Shown piece after piece: positions 1 to 14,529 of a DNA stretch of 64,000 nucleotides. This DNA is from Octopus vulgaris (taxonomy: Eukaryota). How positions within the stretch are numbered: position 1 is the first letter of the stretch; each line of letters starts with the position of its first letter. The stretch lies in contig OX597817.1 of NCBI GenBank assembly GCA_951406725.2, positions 66,216,001 through 66,280,000 of the forward strand, in the 5' to 3' direction. Made by a program: the position numbers and the translations under genes. Under the pieces are notes generated by a model. It was not told the origin of the DNA, ran no database searches, and was given only the letters and a program-made list of their open reading frames with translations.

Positions 1-21
1 TCAGTTAGGCATAATCTATAA

Positions 22-247
22 CAGCATTTCTCAACCTTATCATTTCGGGTCCCCTGTTTCGATTAGAGCCTCCAGCTGTATGAAAATTTCCTGACTCCCC
101 CCATCCCCTTGTCAGATTTTTCATGGGTCAGCTGGTCTACCTAAGATACATGGGGATCTGAATTAAACTTTTCATCAACACAGACGCAGAAATAAATTCT
201 TCAATGTCCAAGGGGAGCTGAATTGTGAAAAAGGTTGAGAAATGCTG
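22..247. mobile_element. hAT-type MITE (226 bp)
   Basis: Perfect 17-bp TIR cagcatttctcaacctt; perfect 8-bp TSD atctataa (14-21 and 248-255). Confidence 0.9.
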
Positions 248-857
248 ATCTATAATGATGGTTTTTATTTAGGCGCATCGTAAAAGTAGGTATAAAGAAT
301 TGCTAAATATAAAGAAAAGTATGTTTTTTTCAAGTAAATACAGTTAGAAAAAATATTTCCTATTTCAAGTCATCACTAAAAACAGCTAATCAATTTTTGA
401 ATGAAATAATTTTATTTTTTTATTGTAAGTTGTAAATTTTGCCTGAGAAATAAAGCAAATAATCATCAAATGCATTGTAGAAAATTTGCAACTCAATAGC
501 AAATATCTCCAAATTGAGTAAAAATGCATAAATTTAATAATAATGATGCTAAATAAAATTTGGTCGAGAAATACCAAAGAAATTATAACAACAAAAAACA
601 GACACGTACCTTTATAGAGAACAGATTTTACTCAAGGAAAACATCCTAAATACACAGAGTTGAAATGCTGGTTATTCTTTTCAGCATTGAATGTTAACCA
701 TCACACTTCCATTGCACGCACACACACACACATACCCCACCCCTTTTACATTCACACAAATTTTAAACATTTTCATTTATTTTTTCAGTGTACAATTTTT
801 ATCATCATACTATCAAGTATGACATCACCATATCCTTCCTTATTCATGTATCACCCT

Positions 858-1018
858 TTCTTTTCTCATTCATAAACACAAGAGTGTAATTGTAGTAGAT
901 TATCTTGGTAAACATGGGAGCTAAGAAAAAAATATGACATTCTTTTCTCATTCATAAACACAATATTATGATTATAGTAGATTATCTCGGTAACCATTGA
1001 AGCTATGAAAAAAATTAC
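858..1018. repeat. Diverged tandem duplication, period about 82 bp
   Basis: ttcttttctcattcataaacacaa...tagtagattatct..ggtaa...gaaaaaaa starts at both 858 and 940. Confidence 0.75.
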
Positions 1019-3907
1019 AAAGCCCAGCATCACTCCGGATCGTTCTACATACATGTATAGATTTTCGCGCAATTCCACCCAGCCGTTTGACCATGAATCC
1101 CAAGACAAGAAAGAATAGCCCATGTCAAATTTATATATATATATAAACCCACACTAATGTTATGTGATATGCAGTCTCTGAAAAAGCAGGATGCTCACAG
1201 CAAGACCACTGCTTTTTGAATTATAGTTCTGCTCATGCAATTACATACAGTTCAACAATTTTCCAAATAGTTTTCCCAGTGACTTCAGGACCAGCTTATG
1301 CTCCAGAATAAATCATCACAATTTCTGTCACATAAATTCAATCTTGTAGGATCTTGGCTATTCCATTCATTCTATTTACCCACTTCTCTGCTAAGAGTAT
1401 ACCTAAACCATCCATATTACAGTTGTTGCTTACCCATTAAATTTTGTGTTGGTGTCTTGGATGTGAACCATTGGAGGCATGAGCAGTGTTAGGCAAATTT
1501 GCATCTTATGTGATCAACAGTTGTTCAGAGATGATGCATTCTCTAATCTCCTATAAGGTACCCAATTTGTGCTAAACTGCAGCTCGAAATATGCATGGGC
1601 AGTTATCATGAAATGTCATCAGATATCATTAAGTCTATAATTTGAAAAGGCTCTTACTGGTTTTAGCTGAAAGTTTCGTGGTGAACATCATAACCTTTTG
1701 GGTTGTATTTCTAAACAAACTTTATTTTACTTGGTTCATTTAAGTGTTAAAATTATAAAGTTACTGTTTCAAATCTTGCACCAAACCCTTCTATAGTAGT
1801 GAGCTAGATCTGGATAATAACAAAAACATTTGTAGAAGAGATAAATGCCAAACACCCTTGAGTTGCATTTCAAAGCACCCAAGAAATGAGAGCATTTTAT
1901 ATGAAATAATGCTAATTGAGCATGTTTTGAGAAGACCACATATACCTCACCCCCTCTTTAAGACTAGAAAGACATTGTGTCAGAGCCATACATTGGTCAA
2001 AGCCATACATAACATTTCATAAGCTAACAGGCATCTAGCCAGATGCAATATTAGATTTAGTAAAGCTGCTGACCTTGTTTATGAATAGGGATTAATGGTG
2101 GAAGTGGTTTGGCATGTTGAGCACACAAGAATTCCCACCTTGTTGGCTACCTCTTATGGAAGCTGAAAAAATGTTGATTTGAAATAAATCAGCACATTCC
2201 TCTCCAAACTATATTTCATATGTGAGACTAGACTCAACACACAATTTTACAGAGTTGCTACTGCCTTCAGCAGTAAGTGGTGTTCCTACCCTGCAGAACC
2301 TATTTATAGTTTAGTTATTTTGAAGTACTTATCTCTCAGTTGGCCATCGAGTAAAAATGTCTTGACCATCCGTCCTGTCAGTATGTTAGTGCTGTTGAGG
2401 GAGATGGCGAGATATCACAGAAGTGATATACAGAGCAGCAATAAATCTCTATCAATGTGAAAAGAATGAATGTAAGAATTTATTATGAGCAGACTGTTTT
2501 AGCACATGTTTAAAATACCTTCAGCCAAGATAAGGTATCAAATGACTTAACATTCAATACCAACAGTTGAAATTAACACATTTGGAACACCAACAGCCCT
2601 GTTTCTATAGTTAACATAATTACTTACCAAAAGTAATTACAGTTGGTGACGTCTAAAATTAGGATTGATTTGCTTGTTTTTTTTTTGTTTTTGTTTTTTT
2701 TTTTGCTTTGAAGGAAACTGAGGAATTATTTCTTTAAGAACACCTGAGACAAAAAGGTAAAACTCTTGATGAACTGGTTCCAATTCTTAGTTGATGTTAG
2801 TTCACTTTACTTTTGTTGCTTTTGCAAAAGGTACAAGTATCATGCAATTACATATTAACACTTGCACTAAGACATATCTTTTTGTCAAGTCAGAAAGAAA
2901 CCTGTTTTAGAATCATTAGTATGCCAGACAAAATGCTTAATAGCTTTTCTTCCAGCTCTTTATGTTCTGAGTTCCAATCCCACCATCTACTTTTCATCCT
3001 TCTGGAGTCAGTTAAATAAAGTACCAGTTGAGCACTGGAGCAATGTAATCAACTCACCTCCCCTCAAAATTGCTGGACCTTGTGTAAAAATTTGAAACCA
3101 TTCTGTACAAATAGACTAATGAAATTGCTAAGGTTCTAGTTTGGTCCAGATCTCCAAAGAGGAACAGGGATGAGATGAGCAGAATGGCCTGCCTTACCAA
3201 GAAAAGCTGAGAGGAATCTTGAAAGGTTATCTGAAGTGGTGAATGCCCACATTAGCTTCCATCCATGATTGTCTGACCTAACTGGAGCATTTTGCTCTTC
3301 CACTTTTTGTATTCTGCTGGTCGGGCCCCATTCCCTTAAAGTTTCAGGCCTTGTACCTATAGTAGAAAGGATTATTATTTCAAGCTGAAAGGAAATAAGG
3401 CTGGAAAATATCTACTCTGTATTTTCTACCTATTTGCAATCAGTAGTATCTCTTATCAAGACAAAACCATAAAATATTGTTTTTTATACTCCATATAAAG
3501 AGAACTTATACATATATTACCAGTGAAGTTCCTGTCTTTTCCAAGTACATTAGTAATATAAGTGAAATGAAGCCAACATATTACATGAACTTGGTCACAC
3601 CACTGTTCACTAAAGAGTGCTGTCATAATTGAACTATTTTAGACAACTTTAATCTGTACCCAAAGAGAGTGTTTTTCTCACAGGCTGTGTGACATCTAAC
3701 AACAGTATATTCTGAGTAGATGGAATTATTACTCACATACTCTGATCAACATAATCCAAAAACATGGGAATTTACAACATAGACTTGCTAATATAGTTAT
3801 CAAATCCACACTTTTTAAGTATATTGCTGGAATCAGATTTAGAAACCAACCACAAAACTCCAAAAAGCTGAGGTACAAGTGGATTTAAAAACTGAACTAA
3901 CCAATAT

Positions 3908-4370
3908 TCATCATCATCATTGTTTAACGTCCGTTTTCCATGCTAGCACAGGTTGGACGGTTCGACCGGGGTCTGGGAAGCAAGGAGGCTGCACCAGGCT
4001 CCAGTCTAATCTGGCAGTGTTTCTACAGCTGGATGCCTTTCCTAATGCCAACCAATCTGTGAGTGCTTTTAACGTGCCACCTGAGGCTGGCAGCGGCCAT
4101 GATCAGTTGGTGCTTTTTACGTGCCACCGGCACAGAAGCCAATCAGGGCGGCACTGGCATCGGCCACGTTCAGATGGTGCTGTTTACATGCCACCAGCAC
4201 AGGTATCTCAACTACAATTTCCATTTGATATTGATGTACTTGACTCAATTGGTCTCCTCAAGCACAGCAGGTTGTTCTGCAATCCAAGGTACTTTGGATG
4301 GGCTGGGGCTATGCGAAACAGGTGCAGGAAGCAGCCATGAACTCACATTATTTGTCAGGTCTTTGCAGTC
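3908..4370 (-). mobile_element. RTE-type LINE 3' fragment with (ATG)n tail
   Basis: Same 3' end as the copy at 34863-36090, which is joined to RTE ORF2 remnants. Confidence 0.8.
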
Positions 4371-7300
4371 GACAATTAGATATTTGAAGATTTAGCTGCT
4401 ATTTCTAGGATGTGCAACTATGCCCATTTGATTATTTTTTTACATGCTGTCAAAGATGAAAAGGCAGACATCTTTCCATTGTTCGTGAGTTTGCAAATCT
4501 TTATTGGAAAAGCAGTCTAGTACTCATCATCCCATTTCATCCTTTTGTATATTAAGGACTGCATGTTTCAATACATCTTTTTGTCAAGATGGTAGGATGA
4601 GATTTGATGAAGTTTGGCTCCTATTTCTAGCAAGTCAATGCCTAGCAGAAGATAGATCTGTTGTTTAGCCCAGGTCAGCTCTGCTACGGCAGACATATGA
4701 TCAAAAGCACTACAGCCACGACCATCCCATCTACTACACATAACAACAACTGGTGACCTACAACAAATATGTAGATGTATCAAGTACTGGGCACCCATTG
4801 AAGTCAACAACCAGCTATCACGACTAATTGGTGACCAGAGTTGTAAACCACTTCTATATAACAGCAACAATGGTTATGTACAGTCCTGCTAACCTTCTAG
4901 ACAAATAAGTTTTACTGCTATTCCATTCAAGAATGTCTAACTGGAGTTGCTGAAAACCAGCTTTCTTTACTGCATAAATTTTCAGCTACTATCCAAAAAT
5001 TTGCATAGTAGCAATCAAGTCAAGTCAGAAGTGCAAGAAGCCTACAATATGCATTTCTTACCACAATGACAATGACTTCTATTGACTAAGAGCTTACCTT
5101 TCTTCATTTTCCTCAAATTAGTTAAATCTGCTCAGCAATGTCAAGAGGATCCTTTTCTTCCCAGTTCACTAACAGCCAGAATTTTTTTAATCTTTTCCTG
5201 TTCATCAGAACCCCACCACCACAAGAATGGCAAAAGTCCGAAGTTGAAGTTTATCTGCATACTTTGAGTGCACTTAGTTGTACACAGAAGGAACACATTC
5301 CATGCTCTAGCACCTTGTTTCCAGCCAACCAACAACTTCTCTCCATAAGGAAATAACATTAATTTTGCTGCTTTTAACAGTCATTATTATAACTCTCACT
5401 CAACCTAGACATGCCGCTACAGTTTGCTGACATGAACCCAGTATGTATATTTTCTCACCATGGCAGTTTAATTACAGAGCCTTTTGCAAGAGCTACATAA
5501 TTGTTTTTCCAGAGTGTAAACTTTGTTGTGAACAATTACCAGAATTTTATTTTACCACACAAATAAATTGGTCTTGAATTAAGAATTGTTGAGCATTCAT
5601 TATATGCAACCTAAAACTAACTTAACTACCATCTATTACACTCCAAGACACTTCTATCAGGCATTGCATATCTTCGGCATAATCCAATGGGTGGGTCTCT
5701 TCCTTTTCAAGACTACTACTGGATCAAAGTGTATCCCTATCTAGGTTATAGTCTGGACACCATAAAGAGGTAATGACCACTGTGAGCATTACATTTCTTG
5801 TGATACACGTGCATAAAATCCCCTTCAAAGCATCTGCTAAGTCCCAAGTTATAAGGCATGTATCCAGCAATCTGCTTGCAAGCAGTGCTTTCTATAGTCT
5901 ATGTTTTGTTACTTATTAATTTAAAAATGATGTGGCTTTCAAGGTGCTGCTTGATGGAGTTGAGACTACTGTTTTGTGTACATGTAGCTGCTTAGTATAT
6001 AAACAATTGCCTGATTATCCTTTTGCATCTTATTTCCTTAGGGAGCAGTCTACAATGTAAGAGATGATATGCCCTCAGTACTGGTCGATCAACTTTGGTT
6101 ACCAGTCATTACTAGTGACCAGGGTAGCTGCTTCGCTAAATTTAATATTTCATCTAGTTAGATCCTCTTTTAACTTGAGAAATATCTTCATAAAGTTACA
6201 GCAACACTAACTTGAAATTTTGATAAAAAGTACAATATATTTTGCATTGGTTTGGCCTGGAGGAAGATGAACACAGCTATGTTCTTGAATAGTTGTAAGT
6301 CAATGGTTACAGTAGATACTAGTGTGTAAAGGAATTCCAAAGGACTGACATTCTGGGTAGTGGTTACTATAGGGCCTTAATACAGGTACGATTATCACCA
6401 GCCAACTCCAAAGAACCACAGTAAAGCATTTTTATTCTAGGCAGTTGGAAGGCCATTTATTTATTTTTAGAGAGATTGGATCAGTACTTCATTGTAGATC
6501 TAGCTTGGAATTTATAGTTTTGTAATTACTGGAAATACTTAAGCCTTTTTGCTAAAGTTAGGGATGTGTGCTTACAATAAGAGACAATAACACCTAGCAA
6601 TTGTAGCATCCAACATCCAGTTGCATGCTGATGTTTAACAGGATTTAATGTTTTCTTGATATGTGCTGCTGAAGGATAACTTTTGAGGGTATAAGAGAAT
6701 GATGTCCAACAAGTATTTCTGCTGTTAGTGTTTGTTTTTGTCCATTCTCACTTTTATAGAACTGATGCTGTTAGAACATCTCTGAAGACTAATCACAAAG
6801 TTCATGTGAAGCAATTCTACAAGGCAAACTTCAAACATTTTCTTAATTAAACCTACTGCAGGATTTTAGGTTTAGTACTCTAAGCAAATAAAGCATCATG
6901 CATCAATTATACACATTTTCCCGCTTTTTTACAGTACATGCTGTACTTTTTTTGCATATTTTTTTCAAAGGTCTTGGGCTTTTAATTATATCAACACTAT
7001 CAGCTCAGTACTCAATTTATTCATCTCTATTGAAAGCCAAAGTTTACTATGTTACCCTTTTATGATCTTAAATTTAATATTTCCATGAAGACATGCTCTG
7101 TAAGTACTTGTGTAAATCTGCAGGTGTTTGTTTTATTTTTAATAAATTTATTAGAGAATATGAGAAGCAAAGCTCCATAATCTTATCAGTGTCTTCTAGA
7201 TTGATGTGATTGATGCTCAATTATCCTAGGGCCAATATTTGTTGGAGAACAGGTGGATGGGCAAGACAAATGCATACAACAGAGTGAATTCTGTCCAAGG

Positions 7301-7597
7301 TAAAAATGTTCTTGCATTTTTACCAATGTGAACTGCTGACCTTAGTAAGTAAGCAGTTAGCTATAACTATTTTATGTTAATGTTTCAACAGTCTTCTCTC
7401 ATATTAAGTCTATTGAACCACAGATAACAATGTAAGGTATATTTGGAATGAAAGTATTTCTCTGCATACAAAGGCAATAATGGCATTATGGTTAAGCCAA
7501 CTGATACAAGGTACATTACTATACTTTGTCGTTCATCAGCCCAGCTTTTAAATTGGTGCCATATTGGTTGCATTCATTTCATAGCAAGCCATATATA

Positions 7598-7992
7598 CAG
7601 GGTGGTCGTTACAAAAGTAGAAAATTTGAAGGCAAAACTAACAAGCATTAATTAGGTCATCAATAAACTGTATGATGATAGGTGGTTTCTGATTTATTGT
7701 TTCTGTTATTGAATGAGTGAGTAATCATAACAAGCATTGATATCATTTGCTTCTGAGTGAACCTCACATCATGGAAGAAAGCCGTGGAAAGAAACAGCTA
7801 TCAGATTTTCAGAGACAAATTATTTTCAAGAGTGAAAATCTGACTTGGGGACTGACTAAATGTTAAGCTGTGTTATGAAACTTTTTTTCAACTATCACAA
7901 GGCATCAATTTGATACTGTTTACCTAAAATAGATCTTGTGAAAATATAAATCAGCATTTCGCGAATTTTCCACTTTTCTGGTGACCACCCTG
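7598..7992. mobile_element. Tc1/mariner-type MITE (395 bp)
   Basis: TA TSD; ~28-bp imperfect TIR (cagggtggtc...aaaagtRgaaaatt at both ends). Confidence 0.85.
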
Positions 7993-8381
7993 TAGTTGTA
8001 TAAGCATCTTTAAAAATACGTACATATATAGCAGTACCATAATATGACCACAACCAACAGATTCAAACCAGTAAAGGAGTAAAACATATGTAGGAGTGTG
8101 CACAAATAAATAAATAAAAAAAATTATTTAATGAAATTTGCAAAAGTGTGGGAACATCCAACCTGTTAACAAAAAAAAAAAAAAAAATACAAGAAACAAG
8201 TGATCCCAGTATGCAATTTTTTTAATAATTTTTTTTTTATCACCATAATGTTAATCTTTTGAAATAGAAGTGTTAATTTGGTAGTATAACAGTAAATAAA
8301 TCAGGTTAGGTCACTTTGTTTTATGGTTGTAAGCTCTAATTTATAAATTCATATATATGCATGTGTGTATGTATAATAGTT

Positions 8382-8484
8382 TTAAGCCCTTCCGAGTGTC
8401 ATGGCAAGAAGAGCCATCCGAACAAACATACCATTCTCAGCCTGGCGGAAGTATGCAGCACGAGGGTCAGAATCCAGAGCAGTA
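8382..8484 (-). CDS. CAD: CAD terminal coding exon: [34 protein letters not shown]
   Basis: tttcag acceptor, phase 2, TAA at 8384-8382; conserved ATCase C-terminus. Confidence 0.97.
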
Positions 8485-9428
8485 CTGAAATAATGCAAGA
8501 ATGATGACATTAAAAGTCAATAATGTTATATAAGAATAAACGTCAATTGTTTCTAGCTTAGGCACAAGGCTGGTAGTTTTGAAAAGAGGGATGATGAGTA
8601 GTCAATACTGTCAAGCACCAGGACTGGATTTGGTACTTCCTAAGAATAAACATTAATTACTCACCTCTATCCTTACCCCACTACATGCAATCAAACTTTT
8701 GAAGCTCAGGTTTTTTACCCTATAGTCTGATCCAGACAAGAACTAGTTCTTGTATAATTATTGGCAATTCTGTTTGTATAAAGAGTAAACCAAAATGCAA
8801 CAGTTGTACACTCAACACAATCCAATACACATTCTCAATTAGTCCATACCCATAGCAAGATCAGCAACTTTATTAAATCTAATAATACAGCTAGCTAAAT
8901 TATCATTAGCTTAGAAAATGCAGGTATTATAAAACTCCAACACCATAAAGCTCTCTGACAGGAATTTTGTAATTTAAAAGAATTGCCAGCAGTATATTTT
9001 GGCCCTCTAAAAAACATACTCAACCAAAATTAACCTCTCAGTTCTGCTAATTTGCTAGAACCATGTATCCATCAAAGGGTGATTAGTCTTACTGACTTTA
9101 GGTGAGATCCTCTTTAAACTAAATGTACAGTAGTATTTGAGTTCAGCAAGTCAATGAAAGCTTTAATTTCTTCTGAAGACATCTGAAGTAGTGTTTCTCA
9201 AGGTGGAGTGTGGCATAGCATATTTCAGGAAATGGGATAAGGTATGAACAGTTACAGTTCATCCAACAAGCTTCTACACAATTTGTCTGTACAGATCACT
9301 CACAGTAGAAACTAAGTTGCCCAAAATGCTGCACATGAAACCATGTAATAATGAAGTGAACTTCTGAACCACATGGCCAACTGTAACTGGACTATATAGA
9401 AAAGGAAAGAAACAAAACAGATGCTAAC

Positions 9429-9523
9429 CTGATTTCATTAACTCTGGGTAAGGGATGCATAACCACCATCTTCTTTTTAGCTTTAGTCATCAGTTCTGGA
9501 GTCAAAATAATCTGTCCACATGC
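9429..9523 (-). CDS. CAD: CAD exon (ATCase): [31 protein letters not shown]
   Basis: Translated by hand; ttgtag / gttagc, 95 nt, phase 0-2; HPLPR motif. Confidence 0.96.
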
Positions 9524-10068
9524 CTACAAAGGAAAAATAGGAAAAATTCAATCATGGAAAACAATTTGTTTCTATATCTTGAATGGAGAAACTATCGCAC
9601 ACATTCAAACATTTTAGATTAGATTTTTAAAAGATTAGCTAACCTTCACTCAACATCTAATCACTAATTTACTTATACACAGTATCCACTTTCTAGTTTA
9701 GTTATCTTTACTATTATTAGAACTCCTGCTCCTCTAAACTGAATACCACGCTCACCCAAAATACTCAATACACCCATCATCTGTACTGTATCACACCCAC
9801 CCACTCCAAACTTCATTTTAAAAGTTTTGCCATAAATAACTAGAAATTCTAAATTAAAAATAGACTGTATCCATCACACTATTTGGGGTTAAGTGTGCCT
9901 GAGTCTACAGCTGCTGAAAATTAATTGAAAAGATACAGATCAGGTATTATATCATTAGAATGCGTTAGTCAATTAAAACGACTGTAATATATGACAAGCT
10001 AATTTATATCACTCTTTCTCAAAACACAACATACTAGATCAAACTTGTCAGAATTCAACTCAAAGCTA

Positions 10069-10222
10069 CTGTATTTTAACAGTGTATAAAGAGCCCCCTA
10101 ATTTTGGGGGCTTAATATTTGGAAAAAAGGTTTTGTAAAGGATTATAATGCTATCCATGTATAAGAAACTCCCATATCTGTTTAACCTAAAAAAATGGTC
10201 CCTTATACATGTTAAAATATGG
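10069..10222. mobile_element. Short Tc1/mariner-pogo-type MITE
   Basis: TA-flanked imperfect TIR ctgtattttaacagtgtataa / ttatacatgttaaaatatgg. Confidence 0.65.
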
Positions 10223-11306
10223 TATATTTCAAAAAACATTATTACTCTGATATTTTACCATTTGCAACAGCAACACCATTTTTAATGTCTTTTCCAAGCT
10301 TGTAGGGATTGGACAGGGTTTTCTCTAGCACAATATCTCTCCAGTTGTTACAATTTCAGATAGAGGTATAAAGCTAGAAATTTTGGGGAATGTAATAGCT
10401 GACTATATCAAACCCAGACCATGACTTGATTGTGCTGGGTAAGAGATTAAACTGCATCTGTAGATGCAGATCCACAACAAGAATTCAGAGTTATTCCTTA
10501 GTTACCACTACCTAAAGATTAAATACTTCAAGGGTAAGCTTAGGAGAACAAAAGACTTGCAGAATAAACTACATAAACTGGTAAAAGGCAACTGGAAAAC
10601 ACTGCTCTAGCTTTCCCAAGAAAAATACTAATCTTCAGGCTTAGGCATGGCAAGAGGGTCTGTGATTGGCAACACCTGTAAATATGGCACATGAAAAGGA
10701 GTAATACTTTATTTTAATGATCCTGGAAGGATGAAAGACAAATTTGATCTTGGTGGGATTTGAACTCAGAACCTAAGAAATATCACACAGGTTTGTCTGA
10801 TGAGCAAACGATTCTGTCAAAGGCACAGAATCACCAGTTTCAGGAAAATAATAAAAGATAGTCAACCTAAGATGGATCTAAAATCAGAACAAACAGATGC
10901 AACAAAAATACTGCAAAATATTTTCTGTTTCTCTACCAAATTTGTCAATGTACAACACAAGCCCAAGGTAATTCTTCTAGGAAGAAGGAGAAGGGACAAA
11001 GTTAATAGAGTTTGCGTCCTTATATAATATCCATTTGCACCCATACAAGGTTTTCAAGTCAACTTACTCCCTAACAAAATATGGATGAAATACAGGCAGA
11101 TAAGACTAAACTCTGAAAATCTGGTTCACTTCTGCACAGCACAAAGAAAAAAACTCCAAAAAGGATCATTTCATTTGTTAAAAACAGTAGCTAAATTACC
11201 CTCCAAGCTACACTAAAAAAATTTACATTAGATAATGTTCTAAATATACTAAGACTAAATGTAAGCAGACTTCAGACTTAACAAAAGAAAATTAAAAGTG
11301 ACATAC

Positions 11307-11408
11307 CGTTTCATAATCTACAAGGCTACTGAAACGTTCCTTCTGTATTCGGGTAATGTAGAGAACATCTGTATCGGCAATTATATCGGTTAAAGAATTG
11401 AAGGCTGT
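11307..11408 (-). CDS. CAD: CAD exon (ATCase): [34 protein letters not shown]
   Basis: Translated by hand; ttgcag / gtatgt, 102 nt, phase 0-0. Confidence 0.96.
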
Positions 11409-12009
11409 CTGCAATGAGAGAACACATGCAAATTACATCAGATATGAAGCTTAAACAAATAAAGAAAAATTGTTTTGTATCGTTCGTTTTCCCTTACATT
11501 GTTGGGATGCTCCTGACTTTTACTGCAGATATTTCTATAATAAACTTTTCAAAATTATACAACATAATTTTATGCAATCTTTCATGGCACATTCACTTAC
11601 AAATTTTTATTCAAACAATGCTTCAATTTTGGAAAAAAAACAGCTATGAATCTTATTGAGTTTGTTTCTTTTAAAAATGGTTATTTGTTATGATCTAATT
11701 TTAATATTCATGTACTTTTGATAAGTGATTTTCTTTATCATAGTATTTCTATAGTTTATTTCTTTTATAGAATTTTTACTTTCAATAAAAAATGCATCTA
11801 CTTTTTGTGCTTAATTACTTGAAATTTTATATAAATAAAAAGCCACTATAGCACAGTCATTCACAACCATATTTTAAAAAAAATATATACACGAGCAAAT
11901 TACTAAAACAGGATATTATTTAGAGTAGAATTTAAAATATGTAAGAGGAAATGAAATTTCCCTAAAACTATACTTTTATGGGGCATGATAAAAAGAGAAA
12001 AAAGTATAC

Positions 12010-12165
12010 CTGAGTGATTCCTTTGGATCTAACATATTCTTGTACATCGGTTGGCATTTCAAGAGTTGGTGGAGAAATATAACAGAGATTGACACGGTAG
12101 AGGGTCAAAATTCGAGCTAATGAGTGGACAGTACGGCCATTTCGTAAATCACCTACCATGGTAAT
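12010..12165 (-). CDS. CAD: CAD exon (ATCase): [17 protein letters not shown]...SKGITQ
   Basis: tttcag / gtatac, 156 nt, phase 0-0. Confidence 0.96.
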
Positions 12166-13183
12166 CTGAAATGAAGTGGGAAGAAGAAAAAAAAAACATA
12201 TTCAAGGATTACTGAAACATAGCATGATTCAGCTTTTGGTATCATACGTGAGCAGGTTTCACCCCACCCCCCAAAAAAACTTTTGATATTTAGTCAGTCA
12301 TGAAGTATGAACAGTTAGATACTTATCAGGTAATTTCACTGAAGCTAAGTGGCAAGTGTGGCAACACGAACAGTATCAAGAAGTTCAGAAAGTAATGTCG
12401 GGATATTGGTTGGGTGACTAAAGGACAAAGGGTTCACATTCAATAACCAGTGTTCTTTATCTTTGAAGACATTTCCCCTACAACTAACTACAGCAAACTA
12501 GCAATAACCAATTACTATTTATTACTTAACTCTTTTGTTACTACATTTCTAACCAAAATACATCCCTTATGTGTTTCAATTAAATTCTAAAATAATTGTG
12601 CATTTAGACTGGTTTCATAAAACAGTTAATTTTATTTTATTTATTAAAACATTATACTATGATTTTTGGAAAATTTAACAAATGGCTCTTAACCAAATCT
12701 GTTTCAAAATCTAATTACAGGTAAATTCAACAAAACAGGTTAACTATTTAAACCAGGACTCTTGTTTCATCACCTCCACCCCTACTCACAATTCTAATGA
12801 CTCTTCACATTAATACAGCCCACAATTTTTGCTGTGATGAAAAGTCAGTCAACTGAATCACCCATAGTATGTTAATGGTACTACTTATATATTTCATCAC
12901 CCACATCAGAATTTAATACAATGAAGCAATACATTTATTGCTACTATTGAACTGGCTAGCCAATAAGGAATGCCTTCGATCATAGGTTTGATCAATTAAG
13001 GTTGATCTGGGATTAAACAACATTTGATTGTTATGCCATGGCAATAATGATTTTTTTTTTTTTTGTACAATGCCTGAAACAAGTCAGATTAATTTTCAGG
13101 ATATGCACGAAACTTCCCAAAATATCTGACCATTTCAACAAAGAAAGCAGGATTAAGGTATTTGCAATATAAAGTATACTTAC

Positions 13184-13522
13184 AGTAAGGCCATTGACAG
13201 TACCAATTTCTTCTCGGATGGTAAAAACATCGAGTAGTGCTTGAGTAGGATGCTCTCCAGTGCCATCTCCTGCATTGATCACAGGTTTGCGACAGTGCTG
13301 AGCAGCTTTCATAACTGCACCAGGCTTGGGATGTCGTAACACAATAACATCAGCATAACCAGACATGGTCTGCACTGTGTCTTCAAGAGTTTCACCCTTC
13401 TGTACTGATGAAGTAGCTTCATTGAATGTGATCACTGACCCACCAAGTCTTTGCATGGCGGCACCAAAGGAACAGCTGGTCCGAGTGCTGACTTCATAGA
13501 ACATGGAAGCCATCACCTTGCC
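13184..13522 (-). CDS. CAD: CAD exon (ATCase): [19 protein letters not shown]...[16 protein letters not shown]...VNGLT
   Basis: tcacag / gtaagt, 339 nt, phase 0-0; STRT and HPTQ carbamoyl-phosphate motifs. Confidence 0.98.
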
Positions 13523-14413
13523 CTGTGAGTTAAAAGGAATCAATTAACATAAGTAAACATATACACACAGGAAAAAAGGAGAGCAAGAGCTAAAGAAAAG
13601 AAGTCATTTTATCATTTTAAGAATGCTTCTATTAGAATTAGACCATATTATCTATCTACTTGCACAGACACACACACGAGGTGTATGTGTGTGCATATTA
13701 TTCAGGAATTACAAAATAACATCCACAAAACCATATCTATTATTATTCAACATTTCATAATCAAGTTTTGTATAATATATAGGTGGTGATGATCATTAAA
13801 TGTGTATTTGCTTATAAATAACCATACCTGAAGGCACCTTTTTATATTTTATACAGTTAAGATACAAGTGTAAGGGTTTTTCATTGGCCTGTATGTGCTG
13901 AAATCATGAACAGACATACCAACCTAAGATAGACCAGCCAATGAGGGAGCCTCAGCATAGTCCATTCATTTGTTAGAAACAGTAACTAAATCTCTTTCAA
14001 ATCACACTTGAAAGTGTCTTATAAGAGAAAAAGACACTTAAAAATACACATTAAGCCAATGTAGTCTTACATAGACATTCTATAACGAATATGCTGAAAC
14101 ATGCAATGACATAGGAAGAAAATCATTACACATAGTAGGAGAAAACATTTCTACCACGATGTTAGTATTAACAATATATTAACCTTGTCACTCTAATGAA
14201 TACCACCACATGGCCCTTGGCTACTTTAAGCAACAGCCTATTTAGTTGCAAGCATTTGCACCAAATTTTCAGCCTGGATAACGTTAACAGGTTAGATGAT
14301 TTTTAATCACACTATACCTGTAAAAAAAGAGTTGGTCTTCATTGGATAGTCTTGGATTACAAGGTCCAATGTACCATAAGAGACCAAAGACTGAACAACA
14401 AAAGTTTACATAC

Positions 14414-14491
14414 CTTAAGTATATGATCAAGAGCCCTATCTCTCTGTACAGACATCCGGTAATTGTGAGCCTGATTAAACAGTTGATGCAA
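14414..14491 (-). CDS. CAD: CAD exon (ATCase): LHQLFNQAHNYRMSVQRDRALDHILK
   Basis: Translated by hand; tttcag / gtatgt, 78 nt, phase 0-0. Confidence 0.95.
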
Positions 14492-14529
14492 CTGAAATGA
14501 GACAAAATAAAAGCTTACAGTCCTGAAAA

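Noticed and set aside
610-645. Minus-strand AG-GT segment of 36 nt (also 2628-2652 minus and 2714-2756 plus)
   Set aside because: Good splice-like signals, but 610-645 and 2714-2756 have stops in all frames and none links to a recognisable protein; cannot support a gene.
3879-4395. 153-aa and 110-aa ORFs (and similar ORFs at 34926-35342, 43695-44446, 53330-53663)
   Set aside because: They fall in LINE 3' UTR or SINE copies; chance ORFs.
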